Part shown: positions 10,519 to 20,131 of the stretch, piece after piece
How the letters are laid out: the number at the start of each line of letters is the position of its first letter
Position numbering within the stretch: position 1 is the first letter of the stretch
From: Candidatus Uhrbacteria bacterium
Lineage (GTDB): Bacteria > Patescibacteriota > Patescibacteriia > UBA9934 > GWF2-40-263
DNA: 64,000 bases
NCBI GenBank assembly: GCA_016188475.1
Contig: JACPHT010000007.1
Location: 80,467 to 144,466 of the forward strand
Direction: 5' to 3'
Made by a program: the position numbers and the translations under genes
Notes under the pieces: model-generated
The model's input: the letters and a program-made list of their open reading frames with translations, nothing else
Database searches by the model: none
What the model was told of the DNA's origin: nothing

Positions 10519-10715
10519 GTCATTGCGAGCGAAGCGAAGCAATCTGACCCGCAAGGTCTCATCCCAAGCCCTTCGACTTCGACAAATTTATAGCCTGAGC
10601 TTGTCGAAGGCTTAATTTGTCTTCGCTCAGTGTAAACTCCGTGAGCCGAAGGCGAACATGGTCGAGGGATCTCGCGTGATTGCTTCGTCGTCGCTTTGCT
10701 CCTCCTCGCAATGAC
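10519..10715. repeat. GTCATTGCGAG element (copy 2) with nested REP units
   Basis: Same termini as 32-114; interior holds ccttcgac and cctgagcttgtcgaagg units. Confidence 0.8.
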
Positions 10716-10811
10716 AACTATATTCCAAAAACTAAAGAGACCCCGGACAAACACTTGCAGTGTGCAAGTGAATGCCGGGGTCAGAAAGAAGAAAGGGGAC
10801 AAGTGAGGACA

Positions 10812-11792
10812 TTAGAACTGTATCAGAGCAGAACATCCTTGTCCATTGGGTGCAGACCATGTCTCGACATCCTCGGTGGTATAAACCACCCCCAGGAAGA
10901 TAACCTGGATAGAAACATCGTCGAGGATGCTGGCCGTGCGATCGTTGCCCATGCACAGCCACGAATCAGCCGGGTCGCCTTCGGCCACGTTGAAACGTAG
11001 GCCGAGGAAATTATCCGCGTCGTCGAACGACGCTTCGAAATACAGTCCACTCGAGTCGGACGTCGCGGCCTTGCCTTCAGTCCACCATCCGCCGAGATCA
11101 GACTCGACGGTGTAGACCTGATAGGACAGCACGCGATTCGCGGAAGAACCGTACCGGATCGTGATCGAGAGGTCCGCCTTCGGATCCTCCTGAACCGGCG
11201 CGGTCTCGTCGTCACAGTCGCTGTCAACACCGTCGCCAGGCTCGTCCTCGGCGCCCGGGTGGATGTCCGCGTTCGAGTCGTTGCAGTCGTTGTTGTTTCC
11301 CGAGTACCCCTTTTCGGAGCACACATACAACTCATCACCTGATCCGTACCCGTCGCCGTCCTCGTCGAGATAGACCACGATCGTTTCGAGTCCTTCGTCA
11401 GTCTCGCCGTCGCAGTCGTTGTCGATCTCGTCGCACAGCTCGGTCGCGCCAGTGTGGATGAAATATCCATCCACTAGCCCGTCCTTGTTTGCGTCGTCCG
11501 GGCTGTCGTTGCAGTCCTGCGACGAGCAGTAGCCATCGCCGTCGAGATCCTGACAGTCGGACGTCTCGGGCTCGGCCGCAGGCTCTTCGACAGGTTCGAC
11601 AGCCGGCTCGGACGTGGGCTTCTCGGGTTCGGCCGCAGGCTCCTCGACCGCGGGCTCGGTCTGATCGACCGCTCCCTCGTCGTCCACGTACTCGGCCTCG
11701 ATCCCTCCGCCACAGCCAGTGTTGAGAACGTTGATGGCAAAGATCGCCAAAGTCGCCAGCACCAGAGCGAGAACGGAATAGTTCTTCTTCAT
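10812..11792 (-). CDS. Putative lipoprotein with MopE-related repeats and an unrecognised C-terminal domain
   Basis: Likely start MKKNYS (11792), NTGC lipobox-like, Pro/Glu linker; paralogous to 12626-13522. Confidence 0.82.
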   Translation of the reverse strand: MKKNYSVLALVLATLAIFAINVLNTGCGGGIEAEYVDDEGAVDQTEPAVEEPAAEPEKPTSEPAVEPVEEPAAEPETSDCQDLDGDGYCSSQDCNDSPDDANKDGLVDGYFIHTGATELCDEIDNDCDGETDEGLETIVVYLDEDGDGYGSGDELYVCSEKGYSGNNNDCNDSNADIHPGAEDEPGDGVDSDCDDETAPVQEDPKADLSITIRYGSSANRVLSYQVYTVESDLGGWWTEGKAATSDSSGLYFEASFDDADNFLGLRFNVAEGDPADSWLCMGNDRTASILDDVSIQVIFLGVVYTTEDVETWSAPNGQGCSALIQF

Positions 11793-12032
11793 TGCTAGTT
11801 CCTTTCTTTTGTTCCCTCCGGGGAACTCTGAACGGGAGCGTGCGAGCGAGAATGGTGACACACCAATCAAGCTATTTTGCACGCCACAGAGAGTCGTCCC
11901 CGGAAGGGTGTCGATCTCTGCGCTAGGAACACAATTCAATTTTATTCCCTGAGCCAGTCGAAGGGATAAAATTGCTTATACTGCCTTCGACAAGCTCAGG
12001 CAATAATTATGGACATAGCGCAGAAATCGAGC

Positions 12033-12217
12033 TTATGGACATCACATTATGACTCCGCACTCCATAAAGAATGAAAAATGGTAATCTGCTTGTTTTTCGC
12101 GTGGAAAATTTCTCACCGTATCTATTGATACGGCTCAAATTTTTCAACGCTCCAAAACTGTGCATCTCACTCATTTTTCATCTTTCTAAGTGCGGTTTCG
12201 TAATGTGGTGTCCATAA
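12033..12217. repeat. Long fold-back element, family A (copy 1)
   Basis: ttatggacatcacattatga ... tcgtaatgtggtgtccataa; diverged copy at 35999-36180. Confidence 0.8.
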
Positions 12218-12625
12218 AAGGTACAATTTGTTCATTTTCAGAACAGATTATAATACCACTTTTTGACGATTTTGTCAATAGCCGAATTACGCTAAATATA
12301 TGAAAAAATAAGCCGATTTTTAGATATTTTTAGGAATTGTTTAAAATTTTTGACAAATACCCATTCGACTCCGGTAAATTTATTGCCTTAATCTGTCGTA
12401 AACCAACCATTTCTCTCGCTACCTGGTAGCGAGATGGGAATACAAGCTCAGGCAGTAATTTGCCTTCTTTCAGGAAATATTCGATTTCAGTAATAAAGTA
12501 AACAAAAAAGCCTGCTGGTTGAGAAGCAACCATTTCTCTCGCTACCTGGTAGCGAGATGAGAATAAAAACACCCACCGACAGAGACGTTGCAGGTTTGCA
12601 ACGTTCTGACGATGGGCAGATAGAA

Positions 12626-13522
12626 CTAGGGACTGCAGTTTGCCGCAGTCGAGATCTTGAGCAAGGCCGAGCATCCGGAGGCAGTGCCGCCCGGAGCCGA
12701 CCAGGTCATAAACGATCCCTTCGTGTACGTGATCCCCTTGTACACGACCGTGATCCCCGCATCCTGATCAAGAGACGCGGTCGAACCGTTTCCAGCGCAG
12801 AGCCAGGACGTTGCGGGATTGCCTTCCGAGACGTTGACGCGGAAACCGCAAATCCCATCCGGAACAGCGTCGAGCGAAAGTCCCACAGACGTGGTGGTGG
12901 AGCTTGCGCTCTTGTCCCACCAGCCGCCCAGGTCCGACTTGTCGTCGTACACCTGCACGTTCAATGTCCTCGGCGCGTTGTCAGGGTAGCTGACCGTGAA
13001 CGTCGCGGTGGTTCCAGAGGTGACCGGCGGAGTTGCAGGACACGCCTCGTCCACCACGCCGTCGCAGTCGTTGTCCACCTTGTCGCAGAGCTCAACTGCA
13101 CCCGGATAAATGTTCGCGTTGTACGGCGCGCAATCCTGCGGTCCGTCCGGGTATCCGTCCTTGTCCGAGTCCGTCGTCGCAGGCGGGTTCGGCGGCGTGG
13201 CACAACCTTCGTCCGTGACTCCGTCGCAGTTGTCGTCCTTGCCGTTGCACATTTCCGTTGCCCACGGGTGGATGAGAACGTTGTTGTCGTTGCAGTCCTT
13301 GCTCGAGAGCACCCCATCGTCGTCGTTGTCAACGAGCGTCGGAGCCGGCGTCGGGGTCGTGTCCTCTTCGACCGGCGGAGTGGAAGTGTCCTTCTCCGGA
13401 GCCGGTGGCGAGTACGCATCCGAACCACCTTCGTCTTCGATGTCCGCAGTGACTCCGCCGCAACCTGCGGCGGTCAGGCACAGAGCGGCCGCAAGGGCCG
13501 CAAGCACCAGGAACCGCTTCAT
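12626..13522 (-). CDS. Putative lipoprotein with MopE-related repeats and an unrecognised C-terminal domain
   Basis: MKRFLVLAALAAALCLTAAGC signal, SD gaggag, SDLGGWW motif shared with the neighbouring gene. Confidence 0.85.
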   Translation of the reverse strand: MKRFLVLAALAAALCLTAAGCGGVTADIEDEGGSDAYSPPAPEKDTSTPPVEEDTTPTPAPTLVDNDDDGVLSSKDCNDNNVLIHPWATEMCNGKDDNCDGVTDEGCATPPNPPATTDSDKDGYPDGPQDCAPYNANIYPGAVELCDKVDNDCDGVVDEACPATPPVTSGTTATFTVSYPDNAPRTLNVQVYDDKSDLGGWWDKSASSTTTSVGLSLDAVPDGICGFRVNVSEGNPATSWLCAGNGSTASLDQDAGITVVYKGITYTKGSFMTWSAPGGTASGCSALLKISTAANCSP

Positions 13523-13916
13523 TGTAGACTCCTCTTTGTTTTCTCAGGTCATCCCTTTTGGCACTCACCCGAGTGCCTTTGGGAAACCAGGGTGTTTAGT
13601 ATCAATATTCCCTGAGGAAGGCCAATTACGGCCTTCGACAGGCTCAGGCAGTAATTGGCCGGAGTCGAAGGGCTTTGATTTCAAACATCCTAGTTTCCCA
13701 TTTTGATTTTTCAATTTACTTTCTCCTCATATCAGAAGTCGAATTATTATTACCGCCTTCGACAGGCTCAGGCAATAATTCTACTTTTGGTATGAGAACT
13801 CCACACGAGAACCGTGTGGAGTAGATTGTGAAGTGGGACCTGCTCCGTCCTCGTCAGCCAGATGGCGTCAGAGAAACGGAGCAGGGTTGCCCAAGATGCG
13901 GGGAGGAGGCCGCCTA

Positions 13917-14043
13917 GGGACTATTTCCAAATGCGCGATCTTGCCTCTCACGGGCGCCCTGGCATCTCTTCAACGTACACTTCGGTACGTTTTCAGAGTT
14001 GCCAGCCCGTTCAAGGCAATCTCATCGCATTTGGAAATAGTCT
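13917..14043. repeat. Long fold-back element, family B (copy 1)
   Basis: gactatttccaaatgcg ... cgcatttggaaatagtc with central acgtac/gtacgt; diverged copy at 37500-37627. Confidence 0.75.
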
Positions 14044-14048
14044 TTGCA

Positions 14049-15518
14049 CTAGCGGATGGCGGAGCCGGTACCTCCACCGAAGGTGAGTGTGAGCATCCCC
14101 AAAGGCTCGACTCCGATAGCCTTGAAAGAACTGCCATCGTCGCGTCCCTGGGTGCCGACTTGCTCGGCGCCGCCTTCGAGACTGATATGAACCGGGACAC
14201 GGAACGAACCGAACTGTGGCGAGAACTCGTAGGCAACTCCTCCGGTCGCGCCACGGCTCTTCGCGTTCACGCCGAGAACGTCGCCGCCCGACTCGTGTTC
14301 GACGAACCTGACGATCGGGCCCACGGAGTGAGCAGAACCGCGCGAGAGCTTGAAGAGCGATTCGACGCCGGCAGTCCAGATGAACCCGTTTTCCGTGTTT
14401 CCCTTCGGAGCCACTTCGTACGGGACACCGACGGCCGCGAGAGCGCGATAGAGTCCACTCTCGAGCTCAGCGCCAACGTGGCCGCCGAGCAGGATAGTCG
14501 GAGCAAGGCCCGGACGAGCAGTCTTGCCGCCCTTGAGCGACACAGAGCTCTGGCCTATGAGAGCGAAACCCACATCGACTCCAGCCGAGACACCTGTGGT
14601 GTGAGCGTACTCAGCGCTTCCCAACGCTAACTGAGCATGCTTTTCTGCACTGTCAGCCAATTCGTAAGCGCGCTTCGTGCCTTGACGTGTCGTGTCAATA
14701 GCACTTTCAATCCTCTGAATTTCTCGCCCAAGGTAATCATCGCCATCTTTGCGCTCATTGGTCTCGTCCTTGAGCGCCTTGTCCAAGCCGGCCAGATCCC
14801 CGACGAGTCCGATGAGCTCACTGCCGACCTTGTCAACTCGGCCACCGAGTTCGGTGAGTCCGGCCTCGGTATTTCCGAGCCGCTCTTCGAACAGTGGGTC
14901 TGCGGGCTTGGAAGCCGTGCCAGAAGTAGCAGCACTGGAGGACGTTCCGCCAGAAGCGGACGTCGCACCAGCACCAGTCGCCTTCTTCGCGCCGCTACCA
15001 GACGATCCACACCGACGCTTACTGCCTTCGCGCAGTTCAGCGTCGTATGAGTCCTTATCGTCCTGATCGAGCACCTCGCGGACGCCGTCGCAGTTCGTGT
15101 CCATGAAGTAGCTTCCCCACTCCATGACGAACTTCCCGCTCGAATAGTTGACGATGCACTTGTCAGCGTTCGCGTCGCACGCCTCGATTTCCTTGAGAAC
15201 GTTCGAGACGCACTTGGCACTGGAGCACTTGAAGGCCTTGATATTGGCCGGCACCTCGAGATCAGACCCGTCGCAGTCGTTGTCGATCCCGTCGCCCAGA
15301 ACCTCATTCGCGCCCGGGTTGACGGCCTTGTCAGCGTCATTGCAGTCTACGATTCCGATCAGCTTGTCGCCGCGATCCGGGTCTGCCACGCACCAGCCAT
15401 CCTTGTCCGAATCCTTGCCGCAATCGGCCGGAGGATGCACGGGCTTCGCGACCGCGTTGAGCACGTTGAGGCACGTTAGCACTACCAAAGACACCAGCAC
15501 CAGACTGAACTTCTTCAT
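14049..15518 (-). CDS. Secreted protein: MopE-related repeat, coiled coil, beta-strand-rich C-terminus
   Basis: Likely start MKKFSL (15518); signal peptide; DCNDADKAVNPGANEVLGDGIDNDCDG; heptad region; alternating beta strands. Confidence 0.8.
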   Translation of the reverse strand: MKKFSLVLVSLVVLTCLNVLNAVAKPVHPPADCGKDSDKDGWCVADPDRGDKLIGIVDCNDADKAVNPGANEVLGDGIDNDCDGSDLEVPANIKAFKCSSAKCVSNVLKEIEACDANADKCIVNYSSGKFVMEWGSYFMDTNCDGVREVLDQDDKDSYDAELREGSKRRCGSSGSGAKKATGAGATSASGGTSSSAATSGTASKPADPLFEERLGNTEAGLTELGGRVDKVGSELIGLVGDLAGLDKALKDETNERKDGDDYLGREIQRIESAIDTTRQGTKRAYELADSAEKHAQLALGSAEYAHTTGVSAGVDVGFALIGQSSVSLKGGKTARPGLAPTILLGGHVGAELESGLYRALAAVGVPYEVAPKGNTENGFIWTAGVESLFKLSRGSAHSVGPIVRFVEHESGGDVLGVNAKSRGATGGVAYEFSPQFGSFRVPVHISLEGGAEQVGTQGRDDGSSFKAIGVEPLGMLTLTFGGGTGSAIR

Positions 15519-15623
15519 CGTAAAAATCCTTTCCCCCTCAAGGGAACTTCTGATTGACAAGCGCTTCAGCGAAGAACTCCTTCGCTTGTTCGCTTGCCGC
15601 AGAGCCGTCCCCTCAAGGGATGA

Positions 15624-15726
15624 TTCGATCTCTGCGACAAGTAGATGTCAGATGTCGGAGGTCAGATGTCGGATTTCTGACTTCCGACTTCTGATTTCTG
15701 ACTCCCGTTTGTCGCAGAGATCGATT
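15624..15726. repeat. About 100-bp hairpin containing inverted heptamer arrays (agatgtc / ttctgac)
   Basis: tcgatctctgcgacaa ... ttgtcgcagagatcga flanks the arrays. Confidence 0.8.
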
Positions 15727-16070
15727 TTTATTGAATGATCACGGACACAAGGTCGGTGTCTAGAAGATTGATTATCACACCCTTCGACTTCGGCAAATTT
15801 ATTGCCTGAGCCAGTCGAAGGCATAAATTTGCCTTCGCTCAGGGAATATATCAATATCCTTGATTCCGCCGTGTATCCTCAAGTGGTTCGACATCCATCA
15901 CATAGCAAGGAGGAGATGCTACGGACGGACATCAAACCGCTTCAGAACACAGTTTTTGCCATATTCAGAACGTCGTAATATAACACAAATCAACAAAATT
16001 GTCAAGAGCCTTGCTTAAACCAAAAAGCCCCTTTTTGGGGCTTTGCGAGTGAAATTACAGCTTTTGTCGC

Positions 16071-16706
16071 TTATTCGTGAACAAACTGATGCCTTTTTCG
16101 AAGACGTTCGGATTGCAGTAAAACATAGGCGATGCCGACAAAGCCGGCCAAGAAGAATCCTGACAGAATGTTGGCAAGCACATTTGGTTTGACAGGCCAG
16201 CGAGAGTTGAGTGGCGCGTCAATCAATCTAACTTGAACATTTCCACCGGACGTAAATTCACCAACACGATTTGTTAAAACAAACGCAACAGCGCGAACAA
16301 TTTGCTCGGCTTGTTTTATATCTTGATGATAAGCCGAAATCGTGAGCAAACCCGATCCGCGCGAAACAGTCGCTGAAACAGTTTTTTTCCACGCGCGGCG
16401 GCTTTGAACATCGTCTGTTGGAAACGCGTCTTCATCAATGTTGAAACCACTATCCATGACTTGATCAAAAAATGTGCTCGTATAAATAATCGTTGAAAGA
16501 TTTTCAGCGATGCGCTCTTCGGAACGAGACGCGGTGTAGGCATCAACTTGAGTTCCGATATTTTGTAAAATAAGCAAACGCGCAGTTGAAGCGTAGCGAA
16601 GCGGTTGAACAAATGAAATGATAAGCGACAAAACAAGTCCGAGCAAACCAAACATGATTATTGTTTGCCAAGCATTTGTTAGATCGCGTAAATGGTTGGA
16701 GGGCAT
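16071..16706 (-). CDS. Wzz/CpsC-like polysaccharide chain-length determinant
   Basis: Two TM helices, P.Y.STARLLI, PVKPN motif before the second TM. Confidence 0.8.
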   Translation of the reverse strand: MPSNHLRDLTNAWQTIIMFGLLGLVLSLIISFVQPLRYASTARLLILQNIGTQVDAYTASRSEERIAENLSTIIYTSTFFDQVMDSGFNIDEDAFPTDDVQSRRAWKKTVSATVSRGSGLLTISAYHQDIKQAEQIVRAVAFVLTNRVGEFTSGGNVQVRLIDAPLNSRWPVKPNVLANILSGFFLAGFVGIAYVLLQSERLRKRHQFVHE

Positions 16707-16750
16707 AAAAATTGTTTGTCATCTCGACAGTCAAGCAAAAACATTATATC

Positions 16751-17803
16751 TCACTTCCCTACTTCTCCCAAAATCACTTCAACTGTTTTCACTTCTCCCG
16801 CGCGATCAAAAGTAACAGAAACTTTATCGCCAGCTTTGTATTCCTCAAGAATTTCGTCCAATCCATTTTCATAATTTATTGATTCGCCGTTTAAAGTTTG
16901 CAAAATATCGCCAATTTGAAATCCTTTATTTTTTGTATTTCCGTAAACAAGCGCGCCGTTTTTTAATCCTCTACTTTCCTCGCGCGCAATGTCAATTTGA
17001 TGACTTAAATCAATGTAGCTCACTCCAAGCGAAGCGCGAGAAATTTTTTTCGTCTCGAGCAAAGAATGAAACGCCGGCAAAATACTTTCAAACGGAAGAA
17101 CAACTCGATCTTGTCCAAAACCGATTATATCCCCGCTTAAATTGAAAACGATAAATCCTTCTGAAATTTCTTTGTCCAACAAAAAACGTCGTTGCGGTTT
17201 GTCAGATGAAACAGCTACGGCTTTTGGCCAGGTGTGTTCAGTTATGGTTGCCGGCAAAAACGCGCTGGATGATTCAACAACAAACACCTGTTCTCCAACG
17301 CGTGTTTCTCTTCCCTTTCCAAAAGACACAACTGACAAATTGTTTGCGTCAAGTTTCAAAAATAAAGTTTGCGTGACCGAATCATAAGCGCTTTCAACAA
17401 CCGAATACATTTCACCATTCGCTCGAACGCGCGAAGTTTTGAAAGATGAAACGCGAGTTGGATCAACAGACGCAATCGCAACCCAGCCGTCTGTTGTGAG
17501 AACAACACCTCTATCAAAAAGATCGTCTGAAGAATAACCAAGCGGCCCGGCCATTGTTCGGTAAACTTCAACCACACTTGGAAGTGATGATTCAACTAAA
17601 CCTTCGACTGCTTCATTATATGAAGACGGAACATTGCGAGGTTTTTTTTGGTCAACACGAAGCGGCGCTGTTAATTCTGAAAGTTCAAACGCGTAATCAG
17701 AAAGATATGAAGATGTCCAAACAGTGCCCAAAATACCGCTCATTGTTCCAAGAACGATCGCAAGGATTACTGTATAGATGAGTGACTTCCAAGATGAGGG
17801 CAT
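16751..17803 (-). CDS. Degenerate HtrA-like trypsin/PDZ protein
   Basis: PSVVEV, GVVLTTDGW, C-terminal PDZ (LGVSY...GDILQTLNG); catalytic motifs not recognisable. Confidence 0.75.
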   Translation of the reverse strand: MPSSWKSLIYTVILAIVLGTMSGILGTVWTSSYLSDYAFELSELTAPLRVDQKKPRNVPSSYNEAVEGLVESSLPSVVEVYRTMAGPLGYSSDDLFDRGVVLTTDGWVAIASVDPTRVSSFKTSRVRANGEMYSVVESAYDSVTQTLFLKLDANNLSVVSFGKGRETRVGEQVFVVESSSAFLPATITEHTWPKAVAVSSDKPQRRFLLDKEISEGFIVFNLSGDIIGFGQDRVVLPFESILPAFHSLLETKKISRASLGVSYIDLSHQIDIAREESRGLKNGALVYGNTKNKGFQIGDILQTLNGESINYENGLDEILEEYKAGDKVSVTFDRAGEVKTVEVILGEVGK

Positions 17804-17938
17804 AAGGAAGATGGGTTAGAGGATCCAAAAATTTATCTCCTGAGCCAGTCGAAGGAATAAATATAAGAACATACCGCATTACTGCCTTCGACAGGCTCAG
17901 GCAATAATCTTTCTAGCCTTCGACTGTTCGGCACAACA

Positions 17939-18703
17939 TCATAACCAATTCGCGCTGGCAACAATCAATATAAGCAAAATTGCGGCCGTAATTAGATATC
18001 GAAGCGCGACTTGTTTGGAGAGCTTATGGCGAACTTCAGCTCGTGTCAATCCAAGAAAGATATAAAAAAATAATGTGATGAGAGCGGCATTTGTGTATAA
18101 ACCGCTTGGCAAAAACGCTAGAGTTACAAAAAACTCTGTTGTTAGAATGGAGCCGGCGATCGTATACGGCCTTGATTTCGACTCGTCAGCTTTACTTACC
18201 CAAAGTGTTCCATAGAGAATAAAAATCGAGAGTAGAAAAAAAATGATCGCAAGCGCCCAAAGAGGTGTTTGAGCAAGAAGATTGACTCCGTAAGCGACTG
18301 ACGTTATAAAAAAAATAGTGAGGACGTTTAACAAGAGAGTAAGATATTCGATTGAATATGGTTGGTACTGGCTTGGAAGATGTGTGAATTGAAAAATATA
18401 TTCTGCAAAAAGAACAAGAAACAAAACTGTCAAAATAGCCAAAGTTAAAGATAGAGTTTGTTGCTCAAACAAAAAAATCATTCCAAAAGACGAGAGTAAA
18501 TACAAACTTGGCGTTCCAAGAAAATGCCAAAATTGAAATGTTCGAATTTTGAAGTGAAGAAGACGCGCGTATAAAAGCGCAATTAAAATAACTGTTAGGG
18601 CAAGACTCAAAACAGGCGAAGTGCGCGACAAAAAAAGCGACGCAAAACCAAGCGAAGCAATTAGTCCGATTGCAAATGGTGTGATGCGATGAATGAGGAT
18701 CAT
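17939..18703 (-). CDS. Polytopic membrane protein of unknown function
   Basis: 254 aa, almost entirely hydrophobic helices. Confidence 0.8.
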   Translation of the reverse strand: MILIHRITPFAIGLIASLGFASLFLSRTSPVLSLALTVILIALLYARLLHFKIRTFQFWHFLGTPSLYLLSSFGMIFLFEQQTLSLTLAILTVLFLVLFAEYIFQFTHLPSQYQPYSIEYLTLLLNVLTIFFITSVAYGVNLLAQTPLWALAIIFFLLSIFILYGTLWVSKADESKSRPYTIAGSILTTEFFVTLAFLPSGLYTNAALITLFFYIFLGLTRAEVRHKLSKQVALRYLITAAILLILIVASANWL

Positions 18704-18878
18704 ACCTGTCGTTTGTTGCCAAGAGACAAATGGGCCGACTTTTTCTTGGCCTTATACATAGAGTGGAGGCAGAAAAAGCGTCCCGTAACTGTCTCTTGTG
18801 GACCATTGTGGTTTATTGGCTGGTTGAAGGCTGAAGAGTAAGGTTTATAAGATCTGTGGTACAACCGCTACTTCTGTA

Positions 18879-19625
18879 TTATTCTCCTTTAATTTCCGCA
18901 GCTATTTTCCCGCGTACAATAACAGAACCGTCTTTATATTCAATATCCTGAATCTGCACATATGATTCGAGCATCTTATTTCCATTAGCAAGCCGATCTT
19001 GAATAATTGATCGCAAAAACAAGTTCGTCAATGAATCAGGTATAAACAAAGAGCCAATCTTGAGTTCTTCAGGAACGAGTTCGATCTTCCCATCTTTCAC
19101 GTTTGCTTTTATTGAAAACAAAATCGCTGAACCGGATTTGGAATTTTCAAGCGGTAAAAATAAAGTCAAACCTTTGTCTTGCGAAATTGTAACTTGAGAA
19201 AAAGACGAATCAATAAATCCATCGGCCGCATTTTCAAGAATATCACGCAAAGAAGCTGTAAGAGAAGATTCGCTAAGTGAAAGTGAAATCACTTCATTCA
19301 CAGAACCTGCCGCAAGTTTTGACAAAACTTGCTCCTCAATAACTTTTTCTACAGGAACGCCTGGAGAAACCAATCGTCCTGGCTCTGGTTTTTGATATGT
19401 AAATTGAGTGAACACTGGAATATACACAATTCCAGTTGAAGCAAGCGCCCATGCGATTGCCGTGGAGAATAAAACTATCAAAATAAAAAAAATAGCAAAA
19501 CAACTCCGAAATGGATGACGTTGTTTTGTTGAACCAATCTCTTTAATCACCTCCCCTTTCATCTGTTGCAATTCTTCTCTAACATCTGAACCTTTTTCGA
19601 TACGGGACATATATCTATATTCCAT
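18879..19625 (-). CDS. Hypothetical single-pass membrane protein
   Basis: 248-aa ORF with one TM; start may be 19610. Confidence 0.7.
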   Translation of the reverse strand: MEYRYMSRIEKGSDVREELQQMKGEVIKEIGSTKQRHPFRSCFAIFFILIVLFSTAIAWALASTGIVYIPVFTQFTYQKPEPGRLVSPGVPVEKVIEEQVLSKLAAGSVNEVISLSLSESSLTASLRDILENAADGFIDSSFSQVTISQDKGLTLFLPLENSKSGSAILFSIKANVKDGKIELVPEELKIGSLFIPDSLTNLFLRSIIQDRLANGNKMLESYVQIQDIEYKDGSVIVRGKIAAEIKGE

Positions 19626-19723
19626 GAGCCTGGTGAAGGGAATAATATGCGAAATAATATTTACTGCCTTCGACAGGCTCAGGTAATAACTTAACCTTCG
19701 ACAGGCTCAGGCAATAACTTTTG

Positions 19724-20131
19724 TCAATATTCTTGTATCCAAGTTTCAAATAGCTTTTGCGCTTTTTCATTATCTTGCGCTTTCAGCGCGGCCTGCATTT
19801 GGCTAAGTATAACTGCGCGTTCAAGATGAATATCTTTTTGATCAGCTGGAACGCGAAGCGCGAGCAATTCAGAAAGTGTACTTTCAACCAAAACTAATCT
19901 GGCAATATCATTTTCAGCGGCTTCATACGATTCAACAAATTTTTTCCCAATCTTTTTTATACTGCTTGTATATTCTTGTGATGAAACAGGTGTGATTGTT
20001 TGTTGTTGAGTTGATTCAGTTGTCTTTCGCGAATCTGTCAAACTAAAAAACATAAAAACAACAAGTCCAACTGTGAGCAACACAAGAATCGGGAGAAAAA
20101 AAGATCTGTGGTGATGGTGAAATATCATCAT
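19724..20131 (-). CDS. Hypothetical membrane-anchored protein
   Basis: 135 aa, N-terminal TM, start overlaps upstream stop. Confidence 0.7.
   Translation of the reverse strand: MMIFHHHHRSFFLPILVLLTVGLVVFMFFSLTDSRKTTESTQQQTITPVSSQEYTSSIKKIGKKFVESYEAAENDIARLVLVESTLSELLALRVPADQKDIHLERAVILSQMQAALKAQDNEKAQKLFETWIQEY

Noticed and set aside
10305-10802. 165-aa minus-strand ORF
   Set aside because: Translates nested palindromic repeats; no protein features
6566-15738. Many long overlapping or antisense ORFs (e.g. 12557-13615, 13833-14630, 9628-10392)
   Set aside because: Shadow frames of GC-rich repeat genes with Arg/Ser/Thr-biased composition
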